Below are positions 20,503 to 30,094 of a stretch of DNA of 64,000 nt, in pieces; within the stretch, counting starts at the first letter, position 1, and each line of letters starts with the position of its first letter. The stretch is from positions 285,051-349,050 of the IMG/VR virus record IMGVR_UViG_3300024999_000029; one strand, 5' to 3'. Under the pieces are notes generated by a model. The model searched no databases. It was given only the letters and a program-made list of their open reading frames with translations, and was not told where the DNA came from. The translations under genes were made by a program, and so were the position numbers.

Positions 20503-23385
20503 ATGAATTTTACATATGATCTTTTTAATCGCATTGAAGCAATCCAAATAATTCTCTGTAAAAATAACTTAGAAAAAGTTGGTGTCTTAGGTTTAGCATA
20601 CGATAAAAAAGCAATATTGAGGCTTACGGACTTCTCGGAAATTTCTTTTACATATCCTCAAAAAGTTGATAATAAAACAACTCAATATTATAATGATATT
20701 AAAACTAAAAAAATAATTTATGTTCCAGAGTTAGGTTATTTTAGACTTGAAAAAGTAAAGATTGAATCGGATGGCATCAGGGAGGTAAAAAATTGTGTTG
20801 GTTATTCTATTCAGATAGAATTAAAAAATAAACAATTAGTTAATTTCTCAGGTACGTATAAACTATATGACAGTTTAAAACCCCAAGAAAGTTTGATGGG
20901 TATTCTTATAGATTATTTTCCAAATTGGAGTATTAATGAGGTTGATGAGAATCTTTGGAACATCTATCGTACATATGACATTTCAGAGAAGGATATCTAT
21001 TCATTTTTAATGGATGATTTAATGACCTCATTTAATTGCGTGGTACTATTTGATATTATGAATCGTAAAATAAGTGTCAAAGAATTAGGAAATGTATCTA
21101 AAGAAACTGATATATATATTAGTTTTGATAATCTTATTAAGTCAGCAGAAATTGAAGAATTGTCGGATGAAATTTGCAGTTCACTGAGGGTGAGGGGTGG
21201 ATCGGAAAGTACTGACATCAGGAGTGTAAACCCGAATGGAACTGACACTATTTATAATATAAACTATTATAAAACACTTGAGTATATGAGCCAGAGTCTA
21301 ATAGATGCTTTAAATGCATATGAAATAAAATATAATAGTAATAAGACTACATATTCAACAAAATTAACACAAATTAAAGATAAGAATACTATTTTAATAA
21401 CCAAAAATGGAGAATTAGATACACTCAATACTCAGATGGATGTGCTTGTAGCAACAAAAATGGTTAAAATACAAGGCGGTTTATCATTAACTGAAATAAA
21501 TTCTCAAATATCTTCAAAACAATCTGAGATAAATACAAAAAATAATGAGATAACGGGAATAAAAAATGAGATTGCGGTATTGCAAAGCAATCTAAATGAT
21601 ATAGTAGTTCAATTAAAATTCAGTAATAATTTTACAGTAGATCAATTAAAAGAGTTGGACAATTTTTTAATTGAATCCACATATACCGACTCAACATTTA
21701 TAGTTGTAGACAGTATGACGGAAGTGCAGAAGCAAGAGAAAATGCAAGAATTATATGATTATGCTAGTACTATATTAACACGACTGTCTCAACCAAGATT
21801 TTCTTTTAGTATTTCTAGTGCAAACTTTGTTTTTCTAAAAGAGTATGAAAGTTTTATGAAACAATTAGAATTAGGGTGTTTAATTAAAACTGAATTAAGA
21901 GAAGATTATATAGTAACACCAATTTTACTTGAAATTGAGATTGATTTTGAACAGGATGATAATTTTAATCTTCGTTTCGGGAATAGATATAAGCTGAGTG
22001 ACAACACGTTTACTCTAGCCGATATAATGAGTCAAACTACACAAAGTTCAAGCACTATAAGTTTTGAAAAGTATACTTATAAAGATTGGTATAAAAACAG
22101 TAAAGATTCGGTTAGTACGTTCATCGAAAGTGCCTTAAATGCTTCCGTAAACAATATCAAATCCTCCGATAACCAGGATATCTTAATAGATCAGCATGGC
22201 ATGCGCTGTAGACAATTCGATACAAGTACTAATGCATTTAAACCTGAACAACTTTGGATAGTCAATAACATGATCTCGATGTCTAATGATGGATTTTCTA
22301 ACACAGGTAAGATTGCAATCGGTAAAATTATAGATGATCGTTACGGAGAAATTTGGGGTATAGCCGCACCTCTATTAGCAGGAAAAATTCTTACGGGCAA
22401 CAACCTTCGCATAGAGAATTCAAAAAATAGTTTTGTACTGGATGAAAATGGTTGTGTGCTTACAGATGCAAAATTCACTCTCCAAACATCTAATGGAAAA
22501 GGCAAAATTATTTTAGACCCCACATTAGGTATAAGAATACAAGGAAATACAGGGGGTACTTTTGTAGATAAATTTTATGTAGACTCTTTGGGGAATGTGA
22601 AATTTTCAGGAGAATTGTCAGCTGCTACTGGAACTTTCAGTGGAACTGTTCAAGCAGGTAGTATTATATCAAGTACTATCACTGGAGGAACAATCTCTAT
22701 CGGTTCTAATTTTAGTGTTAATTCTAGTGGAATAATTACAGCTACAGGAGCTAATATTTCTGGTAATATAACTGCGAATGCTTTAACTGCAAATGCCACT
22801 ATACAATCTCCAATTGTTACTGGTGGAACAATAAAAACTTCAAGCAGTGGACAAAGAATTGAATTAAGTTCCAACAAACTACAAGCATTTGATTCAAATG
22901 GCATATCAAGAATAAAATTTGAGCCAGTAACTACTTCTGAAGTAAATTATTATGAATTACAATTTCAAGGACAAAGTGGTAGTCAACAAGGAAGTATATC
23001 TGGAACAGATAATCAACTTAATATTGTTGGTCATAATGCACTTGTCTTAAATGGTGGTAATGATAAGGTGTATTTTACTTCAGATGTCGATTTTCAAGGT
23101 AATATTGCTTATATTAATACGATTGAACCAGATGTTGCATTAGCTATTAATGGAATATTAGGACATACTGGTTCTAGAATAGGATTTTTTGGAGTAGATC
23201 CAGCTATACAACAAACAGCTTCATTATTAGGCGATAAATTTACAACTGAAACAGCAGACCTTACTTACGGCAGTATTGAGGTTTCCATGTTGACTCATTT
23301 AAAATCTGACGTAGGAAATTTGTATAATAAAGTTAATGGTATATTGACTAAATTGGCAGAATATGGATTATTTGAATTAGAATAA
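20503..23385 (+). CDS. large tail protein (Tal/prophage endopeptidase-like hub, coiled coil, beta-rich C-terminus)
   Basis: After Dit; DIRSVNPNGT..IYN, LSQPRFSF, GTFSGTV repeats. Confidence 0.8.
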   Translation: MNFTYDLFNRIEAIQIILCKNNLEKVGVLGLAYDKKAILRLTDFSEISFTYPQKVDNKTTQYYNDIKTKKIIYVPELGYFRLEKVKIESDGIREVKNCVGYSIQIELKNKQLVNFSGTYKLYDSLKPQESLMGILIDYFPNWSINEVDENLWNIYRTYDISEKDIYSFLMDDLMTSFNCVVLFDIMNRKISVKELGNVSKETDIYISFDNLIKSAEIEELSDEICSSLRVRGGSESTDIRSVNPNGTDTIYNINYYKTLEYMSQSLIDALNAYEIKYNSNKTTYSTKLTQIKDKNTILITKNGELDTLNTQMDVLVATKMVKIQGGLSLTEINSQISSKQSEINTKNNEITGIKNEIAVLQSNLNDIVVQLKFSNNFTVDQLKELDNFLIESTYTDSTFIVVDSMTEVQKQEKMQELYDYASTILTRLSQPRFSFSISSANFVFLKEYESFMKQLELGCLIKTELREDYIVTPILLEIEIDFEQDDNFNLRFGNRYKLSDNTFTLADIMSQTTQSSSTISFEKYTYKDWYKNSKDSVSTFIESALNASVNNIKSSDNQDILIDQHGMRCRQFDTSTNAFKPEQLWIVNNMISMSNDGFSNTGKIAIGKIIDDRYGEIWGIAAPLLAGKILTGNNLRIENSKNSFVLDENGCVLTDAKFTLQTSNGKGKIILDPTLGIRIQGNTGGTFVDKFYVDSLGNVKFSGELSAATGTFSGTVQAGSIISSTITGGTISIGSNFSVNSSGIITATGANISGNITANALTANATIQSPIVTGGTIKTSSSGQRIELSSNKLQAFDSNGISRIKFEPVTTSEVNYYELQFQGQSGSQQGSISGTDNQLNIVGHNALVLNGGNDKVYFTSDVDFQGNIAYINTIEPDVALAINGILGHTGSRIGFFGVDPAIQQTASLLGDKFTTETADLTYGSIEVSMLTHLKSDVGNLYNKVNGILTKLAEYGLFELE
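22873..23102 (+). repeat. 230-bp direct repeat A, copy 1 (copy 2 at 23620..23849)
   Basis: Identical ends (about 65 and 50 bp), diverged middle, no indels. Confidence 0.9.
23323..23376 (+). repeat. 54-bp direct repeat B, copy 1 (copy 2 at 24039..24092)
   Basis: tataataaagttaatggtatattgactaaattggcagaatatggattatttgaa exact duplicate. Confidence 0.9.
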
Positions 23386-23517
23386 GGGATATTAATTAAT
23401 ATCCCTTTATTTTCATTAATTATATTATATTTTTATTTATGAAATATTGACAAATCTACCCAATGTGGTATACTAAAAGTATAATAAAATTATATTTAAT
23501 AATATTGGAGGTATATC

Positions 23518-24033
23518 ATGAAAAAATATAAACAATTTATCATAGGACTTTTACTTGGTTCATTATTATTTTCCACACTGGGAGTATTCGCTGCCAATGA
23601 ATTAATAAATATTAAATTAAACAAACTACAAGCATTTGATTCAAATGGCATATCAAGAATAAAATTTGAGCCAGTAACTACTTCTGGAGTAAATTACTAT
23701 GAATTGCAGTTCTTTGGTCAAGGTGGGAATGAAGAAGGGATAATATCTGGAACTAATGGGAAACTTAATATTGTAGGTCGTAACAAACTTATTTTAGATG
23801 GTGGTAATGATAAGGTGTATTTTACTTCAGATGTCGATTTTCAAGGTAAGAACCTTAACTTTAGTAATGCAACGGTTAATGGATTAGACACAAATTCACA
23901 TCTTCAAAAAAATCACAATCATGGAATTAAACCAGGAACAAAATTGGCTATTACTGATGGACGAGGGAAAATTACAGGATATGTTGAATGGACTGAGGAT
24001 GGAGGTTTTACTCATTCTCATAATATAGAATAA
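23518..24033 (+). CDS. signal-peptide protein containing a copy of a tail-protein segment
   Basis: MKKYKQFIIGLLLGSLLFSTLGVFA-A signal, then about 76 aa homologous to the tail protein C-terminal region; own promoter TTGACA-16-TATACT at about 23447. Confidence 0.8.
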   Translation: MKKYKQFIIGLLLGSLLFSTLGVFAANELINIKLNKLQAFDSNGISRIKFEPVTTSGVNYYELQFFGQGGNEEGIISGTNGKLNIVGRNKLILDGGNDKVYFTSDVDFQGKNLNFSNATVNGLDTNSHLQKNHNHGIKPGTKLAITDGRGKITGYVEWTEDGGFTHSHNIE

Positions 24034-24123
24034 TTGACTATAATAAAGTTAATGGTATATTGACTAAATTGGCAGAATATGGATTATTTGAAATAGTTGA
24101 TTAATAGGGGTGTTGAATATCCC

Positions 24124-24873
24124 CTATTTTAATAATGGTAAAACATTTTGAGTATAATAATTATATGGGATATAATAATGCAGAACATCTTCAGAATCAG
24201 TATATGTTGTAAATGGTATGTTATTTATTAATATATCTCCTTCTTGTATTTTATGAATAGCTTTGGCTTTAGAAGCCGACCTCATACTCTTATCTTTTTT
24301 TATATTTTCTAATTGTGTTAAATCTTTTTTATACAAACTCAAAGTATCATTATCTTTATTTATTTTAGTGGTATATCCTACAGCAAGTTGTTTACCGCTA
24401 TATTTATCAGGCTTAACATATTGGTTATATTTACTTCCTATATACCTAGTAGGCACATACTGACCGCCATCAATATACACTATGGGTAATCCATCAGAAG
24501 TTTTCTCAACATTTTTATTACGAGATTGTTCATAAGGATTAAGTGTTTTAATATCTACTTTATCAATTTGTTCAGTTTCATAAACACCTTGAGTTACAGT
24601 AATATTCTCAGTTACACGAGCTATTTCTATATGACCGTTGGTTTGATTAAAAACAACTGGAATTTTTAAAACTTTACCAATATCTCCCAATTTCATATAG
24701 GTATAATCATTTATATTATAACCTTCAACGGCTACTTGCTCTCCATTAAAGAATATAGGATATTGATTTAGTTTGATAGTCAGTCCTAATTCATTAGTGG
24801 CAAATACTCCCAGAGTAGAAAATAATACTGAACCAATTAAAAATCCTACAGTAAATTGCTTATATTTTTTCAT
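24124..24873 (-). CDS. secreted protein with copper-amine-oxidase N-terminal-like domain
   Basis: True start 24873 (GGAGG RBS); MKKYKQFTVGFLIGSVLFSTLGVFA signal; YNINDYTYMKLGDIGKVL motif. Confidence 0.75.
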   Translation of the reverse strand: MKKYKQFTVGFLIGSVLFSTLGVFATNELGLTIKLNQYPIFFNGEQVAVEGYNINDYTYMKLGDIGKVLKIPVVFNQTNGHIEIARVTENITVTQGVYETEQIDKVDIKTLNPYEQSRNKNVEKTSDGLPIVYIDGGQYVPTRYIGSKYNQYVKPDKYSGKQLAVGYTTKINKDNDTLSLYKKDLTQLENIKKDKSMRSASKAKAIHKIQEGDILINNIPFTTYTDSEDVLHYYIPYNYYTQNVLPLLK

Positions 24874-24962
24874 AATAACCTCCAAAAATTTAATAATTAT
24901 AGTTTGTTTTATTTTCAGTATATCATACTGGTCGAATTTGTCAATATTTTTGTCGTTAAGAC

Positions 24963-24990
24963 TTGACATGGTATTATGCTATGGTATAAT
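24963..24990 (+). promoter_or_regulatory. sigA promoter of type III TA
   Basis: TTGACA-16-TATAAT, extended -10. Confidence 0.8.
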
Positions 24991-25054
24991 TAAATTAAGG
25001 ACAGAATAAAATAACTTGTAATAGGAAACCCCTTGCCTGATAGTAGGGATCTGA

Positions 25055-25175
25055 ACAAACACGCTTCACAATGTGCGGCAAAGAAACATTGTTAATACAA
25101 AAGTGCTTCACAATGTGCATTAAATTACATTGTTGATACAAACACGCTTCACAATGTGCGGCAAAGAAACATTGT
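25055..25175 (+). ncRNA. cptI: CptI-like RNA antitoxin, about 2.9 repeats of 41-42 nt
   Basis: acaaacacgcttcacaatgtgcggcaaagaaacattgt repeats; pseudoknot stems cgc/gcg (gtgc/gcat in repeat 2) and acaatgt/acattgt. Confidence 0.8.
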
Positions 25176-25204
25176 AAGAAAGCCTTTTATGGGCTTTCTT
25201 TTAT
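25176..25204 (+). terminator. terminator between CptI and toxin
   Basis: aagaaagcc-loop-ggctttctt + T tract. Confidence 0.8.
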
Positions 25205-25215
25205 ATGAGGTACAA

Positions 25216-25743
25216 ATGAAAAAGAATGCCATATATTTTGGAAATAAAGACATATATCAAAAAATTAGAAATGCTGGTGGAGTATGGAATGATTCTAAAG
25301 ATAGACCTATTGTATGCTTGCTAGAATCAACAGAAACAATAGGCTTGTATTGGGCTATTCCAGTGGGGAATTGGGAGCATCGAGATCAGACAGCTAAAAA
25401 TAGAATTGAGAAATATGTGTCTTACCCAAAATCAGATTTAAGGTCGTGTTACTATCATGTCGGCAAGACTAATGAAAAATCAATTTTCTTTATAAGTGAT
25501 GTTATCCCTATAGCTAAAAAATACATAGATAGAGAATATAAAGGGTTTGACAAAAAGTTGTATGTAATTAAAAATAAAAAACTCATACAATCTTTAGAAG
25601 AAAAATTAACAAGGATTTTAGCTTTTGAAGCTACAAATAATAATTATTTTAGACAACGTATTACTGATGTTAAACATGTGTTGATTGAAGAATTAGAACT
25701 AGAAAATACATTCGGAAAAGTTGCACCAATCAAAGAGGAATAA
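25216..25743 (+). CDS. cptN: type III TA toxin, CptN family
   Basis: RPIVC...GLYWAIP...FFISDVIPI.KKYIDREY; GAGGT RBS before ATG 25216. Confidence 0.75.
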   Translation: MKKNAIYFGNKDIYQKIRNAGGVWNDSKDRPIVCLLESTETIGLYWAIPVGNWEHRDQTAKNRIEKYVSYPKSDLRSCYYHVGKTNEKSIFFISDVIPIAKKYIDREYKGFDKKLYVIKNKKLIQSLEEKLTRILAFEATNNNYFRQRITDVKHVLIEELELENTFGKVAPIKEE

Positions 25744-25882
25744 CTTACATAATTCAGACCTCAACCTAGAGGTCTTTTTCATGTAATCAAATGGTACTTT
25801 TATTGAGTTATTTAGACATCTAAGAAGGTGTCTTTTTATTTTGTTTATAAATAAAAATATAATTATAGAAAGGATTTAAAAC

Positions 25883-26047
25883 ATGGATAACAAAAAAATC
25901 ACAGACACATTAATGAACATTCACAGTACTCTTAACATTGTAGAAGTTAAAGGCAAACAGAATTTAACTTATCTAGTAGGTTGCATGAATGCAATAGAAA
26001 GTTTAGTACAAGAGATTTTAAATGAAAATGAAAACAAGTCTGAATAA
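25883..26047 (+). CDS. small hypothetical protein (54 aa)
   Basis: GAAAGGA RBS; MDNKKITDTLMNIHSTLNIVEVKGKQNL... Confidence 0.6.
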   Translation: MDNKKITDTLMNIHSTLNIVEVKGKQNLTYLVGCMNAIESLVQEILNENENKSE

Positions 26048-26063
26048 AAGGATGGTGATATAA

Positions 26064-26411
26064 ATGGCTATAAATGATTTATATACGTTAGAACAGATAC
26101 AATTTATCGGGGGGTCGACTATGATGCTTGAATATTCAGTGTATGATTCAGATGGGTTGCCCGTAGATCTCAATGGTGCAACTTGCCAAATGAAATTACG
26201 CAGATATGGTTCATTTGGAAGTGATGCAGTATTAACAAAAGATGGTACTATAATTACTTCTACAGATAATAATGTCTTTCAAGTGATTTTAAGTACAGCC
26301 GATACGCTTAGTTTGTACGGTAAATTCACACAACAAGTTATTGTTACTGATATGAGTAGTAAACAGTTCCGTTTCCAAGGCATAATCGTTATAGATAAGT
26401 CAGTGACTTAA
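26064..26411 (+). CDS. baseplate upper (BppU N-terminal-like) protein
   Basis: PVDLNGATCQM...VILSTADTLSLYGKF. Confidence 0.6.
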   Translation: MAINDLYTLEQIQFIGGSTMMLEYSVYDSDGLPVDLNGATCQMKLRRYGSFGSDAVLTKDGTIITSTDNNVFQVILSTADTLSLYGKFTQQVIVTDMSSKQFRFQGIIVIDKSVT

Positions 26412-26492
26412 TTTTAAAAATTAAAATATAATGAAGAAAATTTTTAAAAAAGAGCTATTAAATTAAAAATATAAAATAGGAGGAAAATATAA

Positions 26493-26906
26493 ATGTCTCA
26501 AACTTTTTCGATGAGTAATTCTATACTTGACCATTGGTTCGGATTAACAAGCCCAACCGTTCCTACGAATTGGTATATGGGAATTTCTACCAGTTCAATT
26601 TCCCCTGATGGATCGGGAATATCAGAACCAACATCAGATCCAAATTATGCCAGAGTAGCTATAGCAAATTCAAAAGTTAGCTTCACAACTTCATCGAATG
26701 GTTCTCTGTCTAATGCCGTACAATTCACGTTTCCAGAGTCTACTATTTCGTGGGGAACTATTACGCACTTTTTTTTATCAGATGCAGCAACGTCTGGAAA
26801 TATTAAAGTTTATGGAGCTTTAACAGCCAGTAGAACAGTAGAGTCTCAAACAACTCTGATTCTTGCTGTAGGAGCATTACAGATTAACTTACAAAATATT
26901 GCATAG
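26493..26906 (+). CDS. tail fibre/baseplate protein
   Basis: NYARVA...FPEST.SWGTITHF.L.DAATSGN. Confidence 0.7.
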   Translation: MSQTFSMSNSILDHWFGLTSPTVPTNWYMGISTSSISPDGSGISEPTSDPNYARVAIANSKVSFTTSSNGSLSNAVQFTFPESTISWGTITHFFLSDAATSGNIKVYGALTASRTVESQTTLILAVGALQINLQNIA

Positions 26907-26918
26907 GCGGTGATGTAA

Positions 26919-27554
26919 ATGGCTCATCCACTATATCAACAAAAGTTACAAGAAGAGCCTTATGTACATAGTTTTAAAATAACATTAGGTGAAATACAAA
27001 AATTTAATTTAACCCTGCCAAAATATCAACATAGTTTTAGTTTATCTGTATTTGGATTTTCCGTAAGTAATTCTATATTTGTAAAATTAAAATCTTATAT
27101 AGCAACAACTATTAATTTCTTAGCAAATAAAAAAATTGCTTATACAAGTAAAAATAAAATAAATACAAATATAAGTTTTAATATGACTAAAAAATTTGCA
27201 TCCAACATTCAAAACGCAATATCAACTATTATTCAATATACATTATCTAAAAAAATTAGCTCAACATTTAATACTGGTTTTACTGTTGGGAAACATACAA
27301 AATTATCTTCCCTTGATGATAAAGATTTATCTGAATTAGATAATAACACATTAAATTATGTAGATAGTTTTATTGGTAGTGGAATTTTATTAAATATGCT
27401 AAAAAAAATAGTCACCAATCCTTCCTCAAGTATAGTATCAAGTGCAACATTTACTTTAATTCGTTATATATCTTTAAATACACATGATACTAAAACATTA
27501 AATCAAATGGACAATATTACTTTAGGGGATTTGGATAGAACGATAGTTTCATAA
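26919..27554 (+). CDS. hypothetical tail-associated protein
   Basis: Operon position; LD..TL..LD repeats. Confidence 0.6.
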   Translation: MAHPLYQQKLQEEPYVHSFKITLGEIQKFNLTLPKYQHSFSLSVFGFSVSNSIFVKLKSYIATTINFLANKKIAYTSKNKINTNISFNMTKKFASNIQNAISTIIQYTLSKKISSTFNTGFTVGKHTKLSSLDDKDLSELDNNTLNYVDSFIGSGILLNMLKKIVTNPSSSIVSSATFTLIRYISLNTHDTKTLNQMDNITLGDLDRTIVS

Positions 27555-27580
27555 ATTAAAAATATAAGGAGGATGATATA

Positions 27581-29605
27581 ATGCCAAGTCAAACTACTAA
27601 TTATAACCTTAATTTGTACGATAAAACCGCAGATAGCGGTTCTAATTTTATAGATTTCAGAGATGATGTTGCTGGGTCTGGTTCAAATAGCAATATGGTT
27701 AAAATTGATAATCAAATGAAAGTAAATACGGACGCAATATCCAATTTAGCAGGAACTGGGAGAACTACAGAAACGGTCAAGGCGAACGCAGATTCTATAT
27801 CCACTTTAAAAACTCAGACCCCGTATGCTATAGCTGCCACGGCATCTTCCGCAAACATATATACAGCAACAAATTCAAGTATAACATCTTATACAACTAA
27901 CTTATTGCTTATTACAACGTTCAACCAAGCAAATACTGGTTCAGCAACTTTAAACATAAGTTCATTGGGGGCAAAAACTTTAACTAAAATTGATGCGTTG
28001 GGTAATGCAAATAGTTTATCTGCTGGAGATATAAAATTAAATAAGCCAATGATGTTTAGATATAATGGTTCAGTTTTAGTATTGGTAGGAGCAAATTCAC
28101 AAGACCAAATTAATACTTCCATAATATCTAAAAGTTCCGATACAACTTTATTAGTTTCTGAAAGTGGAATAATTGAAGTAACTACAGGTTCTACGAACAA
28201 AACAATAACATTGCCTACTGCTATTGGTAATAGTGGTTTAAGATTTGCTATCAAAAAAGCAGACATTGATATTGGAACTGTAATAATTGATGGAAATGCT
28301 TCAGAAACAATTGACGGTGCAACAACGTGGACATTATATGCTCAAAATGATTCTGCAAGCATTATTTCCAATGGAACAAATTGGGATATCATTGCTGATA
28401 ACAGTTTGCATAAAATCGGTATTTTATCGAGTTTAAACACGAGTGACAAGAGCACTTTGGTGGCTTCAATTAATGAAGTTAATACTAACAATATAGCAAA
28501 TACCCTATTATCGGTGCAAGGAGACTTACTTTATGCTTCTGCCGCTAATACTCCAGCAAGATTAGCCAAAGGTTCAGCAGGGCAAGCGTTGATTATGAAC
28601 GCTGGTGCTACTGCTCCAATGTGGGCAGATCCACTAACCAACCTATACCAGCAAGCCATAATCAACGGTAACTTCGATGTGTGGCAGAGGGGGACTAGTT
28701 TTGTAGCAAGTACAAGTTATACTGCGGATAGATGGCAAGGTTTTAGGGGGGCACTTGCTACGGGTATGACGGTATCCAGACAATTAGCTGGATTGAATGG
28801 TTCTCAATATTGCAGTAGGGTGCAAAGAGATAGCGGAAATACTAGTACAAATACGCTAAATTTTGGGCAAGCAATAGAAACTAATAATTCTATACTTTTA
28901 AGAGGTCAAAAAATAACATTATCATTTTATGCTAGGGCTGGTGCTAATTTTTCAGCCGCATCAAATTATTTAGTTGCAGGAATTGGACAAAGAACAGTCG
29001 TTGACGAAAATATAACTGCATATAGCGGAACTACAGATTCTATTAATGTTGTATTAACGACATCATGGCAAAAATTCACGCTTACAACAAGTGCAATAGT
29101 AGATGTTAGCATAAATACAATTAAAGCTATTTTTGCACATGTTCCAACAGGAACTGCAGGAGCGGCGGACTATTTTGAACTAGCACAAGTACAACTATGT
29201 GCTGGTGATGTAGCATTACCGTTTCAGCCTAAGAGTTTTGAAGATGAGTTGAGAGCGTGTCAGAGGCATTATTATCGTATGTCTGCAAGTGATGCGTCTG
29301 GAAATTCGTATCCACGTTTAGCGAGTGGTATGTGTAACACGGCAACACAAGCACAAATAATAATACCTTTCCCTGTAAAAATGAGAAGTATACCTACATT
29401 CCAAACTGGCGGTTCATTTGGAGTATTAAATAATGTTGCTAGTGTAGCGGCTGTTACTTCTATGACACAAGACTCATTATCAAGAAACGTTAATAATAAT
29501 ATGTTGCTTGTAAATGTTGCGAGTGGATTGACCATTGGATACACCACAAATTTATTCACCAATAATGATGCGAATGCTTACATAGCATTTGATGCAGAAT
29601 TATAA
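27581..29605 (+). CDS. tail fibre / receptor-binding protein
   Basis: IINGNFDVWQRGTSF...ADRW, ELRACQRHYY, DAEL C-terminus. Confidence 0.8.
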   Translation: MPSQTTNYNLNLYDKTADSGSNFIDFRDDVAGSGSNSNMVKIDNQMKVNTDAISNLAGTGRTTETVKANADSISTLKTQTPYAIAATASSANIYTATNSSITSYTTNLLLITTFNQANTGSATLNISSLGAKTLTKIDALGNANSLSAGDIKLNKPMMFRYNGSVLVLVGANSQDQINTSIISKSSDTTLLVSESGIIEVTTGSTNKTITLPTAIGNSGLRFAIKKADIDIGTVIIDGNASETIDGATTWTLYAQNDSASIISNGTNWDIIADNSLHKIGILSSLNTSDKSTLVASINEVNTNNIANTLLSVQGDLLYASAANTPARLAKGSAGQALIMNAGATAPMWADPLTNLYQQAIINGNFDVWQRGTSFVASTSYTADRWQGFRGALATGMTVSRQLAGLNGSQYCSRVQRDSGNTSTNTLNFGQAIETNNSILLRGQKITLSFYARAGANFSAASNYLVAGIGQRTVVDENITAYSGTTDSINVVLTTSWQKFTLTTSAIVDVSINTIKAIFAHVPTGTAGAADYFELAQVQLCAGDVALPFQPKSFEDELRACQRHYYRMSASDASGNSYPRLASGMCNTATQAQIIIPFPVKMRSIPTFQTGGSFGVLNNVASVAAVTSMTQDSLSRNVNNNMLLVNVASGLTIGYTTNLFTNNDANAYIAFDAEL

Positions 29606-29618
29606 AGGAGGTATATAA

Positions 29619-29933
29619 ATGATTGAAAATTACAACAAACATTACGAAAGAATAGATTCCAACGGATACTTAATAAAAGCTTTTTCAGATGCGTTTGAAC
29701 AGCCTATTAATGGCGATATTTGCGTAAATGAAGAGGGCGGTAGACATTACAATCCTGATTTATTGTCGGAAATAGACGTACCTAAATTTAAGTATGTGAA
29801 TGGAGCTAAATCAGAATTAACACAAGAAGAAATAGAAGCCTACAAGGCTAGTCTACCCAAACCTCCCAAAAGCGAAATAGAACAACTCAAAGATATTATT
29901 GCAGATTTAACATCTGTAGTATTGGGGGTGTAG
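29619..29933 (+). CDS. tail fibre assembly/chaperone-like protein
   Basis: Follows fibre; PKSEIEQLKDIIADL. Confidence 0.6.
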   Translation: MIENYNKHYERIDSNGYLIKAFSDAFEQPINGDICVNEEGGRHYNPDLLSEIDVPKFKYVNGAKSELTQEEIEAYKASLPKPPKSEIEQLKDIIADLTSVVLGV

Positions 29934-29936
29934 GGT

Positions 29937-30038
29937 ATGGATGAAAAGAAGTTAAGGTTATATAAATTTTTGCTTAATATGGGAAGGATTATAATTGAGG
30001 ATGTTCCAGAACCTTATAGGGAAGAATTGAATAAATAA
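29937..30038 (+). CDS. CD1375/XkdX-like small protein (33 aa)
   Basis: LYKFLLNMGRIIIEDVPEPYREE. Confidence 0.7.
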   Translation: MDEKKLRLYKFLLNMGRIIIEDVPEPYREELNK

Positions 30039-30094
30039 CATAAAACAAAACTTTTAATCAAAAATATAAAACATTTCAAATCGGAGGCGATATT

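Noticed and set aside
22873-23849. DGR template/variable repeat pair
   Set aside because: Differences include many synonymous non-adenine changes, and no reverse transcriptase is in the window
24874-24969. N-terminal extension of the 24124..24969 ORF
   Set aside because: Runs through its own promoter; RBS and signal peptide begin at 24873
25055-25175. CRISPR mini-array (also 19545..19635)
   Set aside because: Repeats are tandem without unique spacers, there are no cas genes, and the layout fits type III antitoxins
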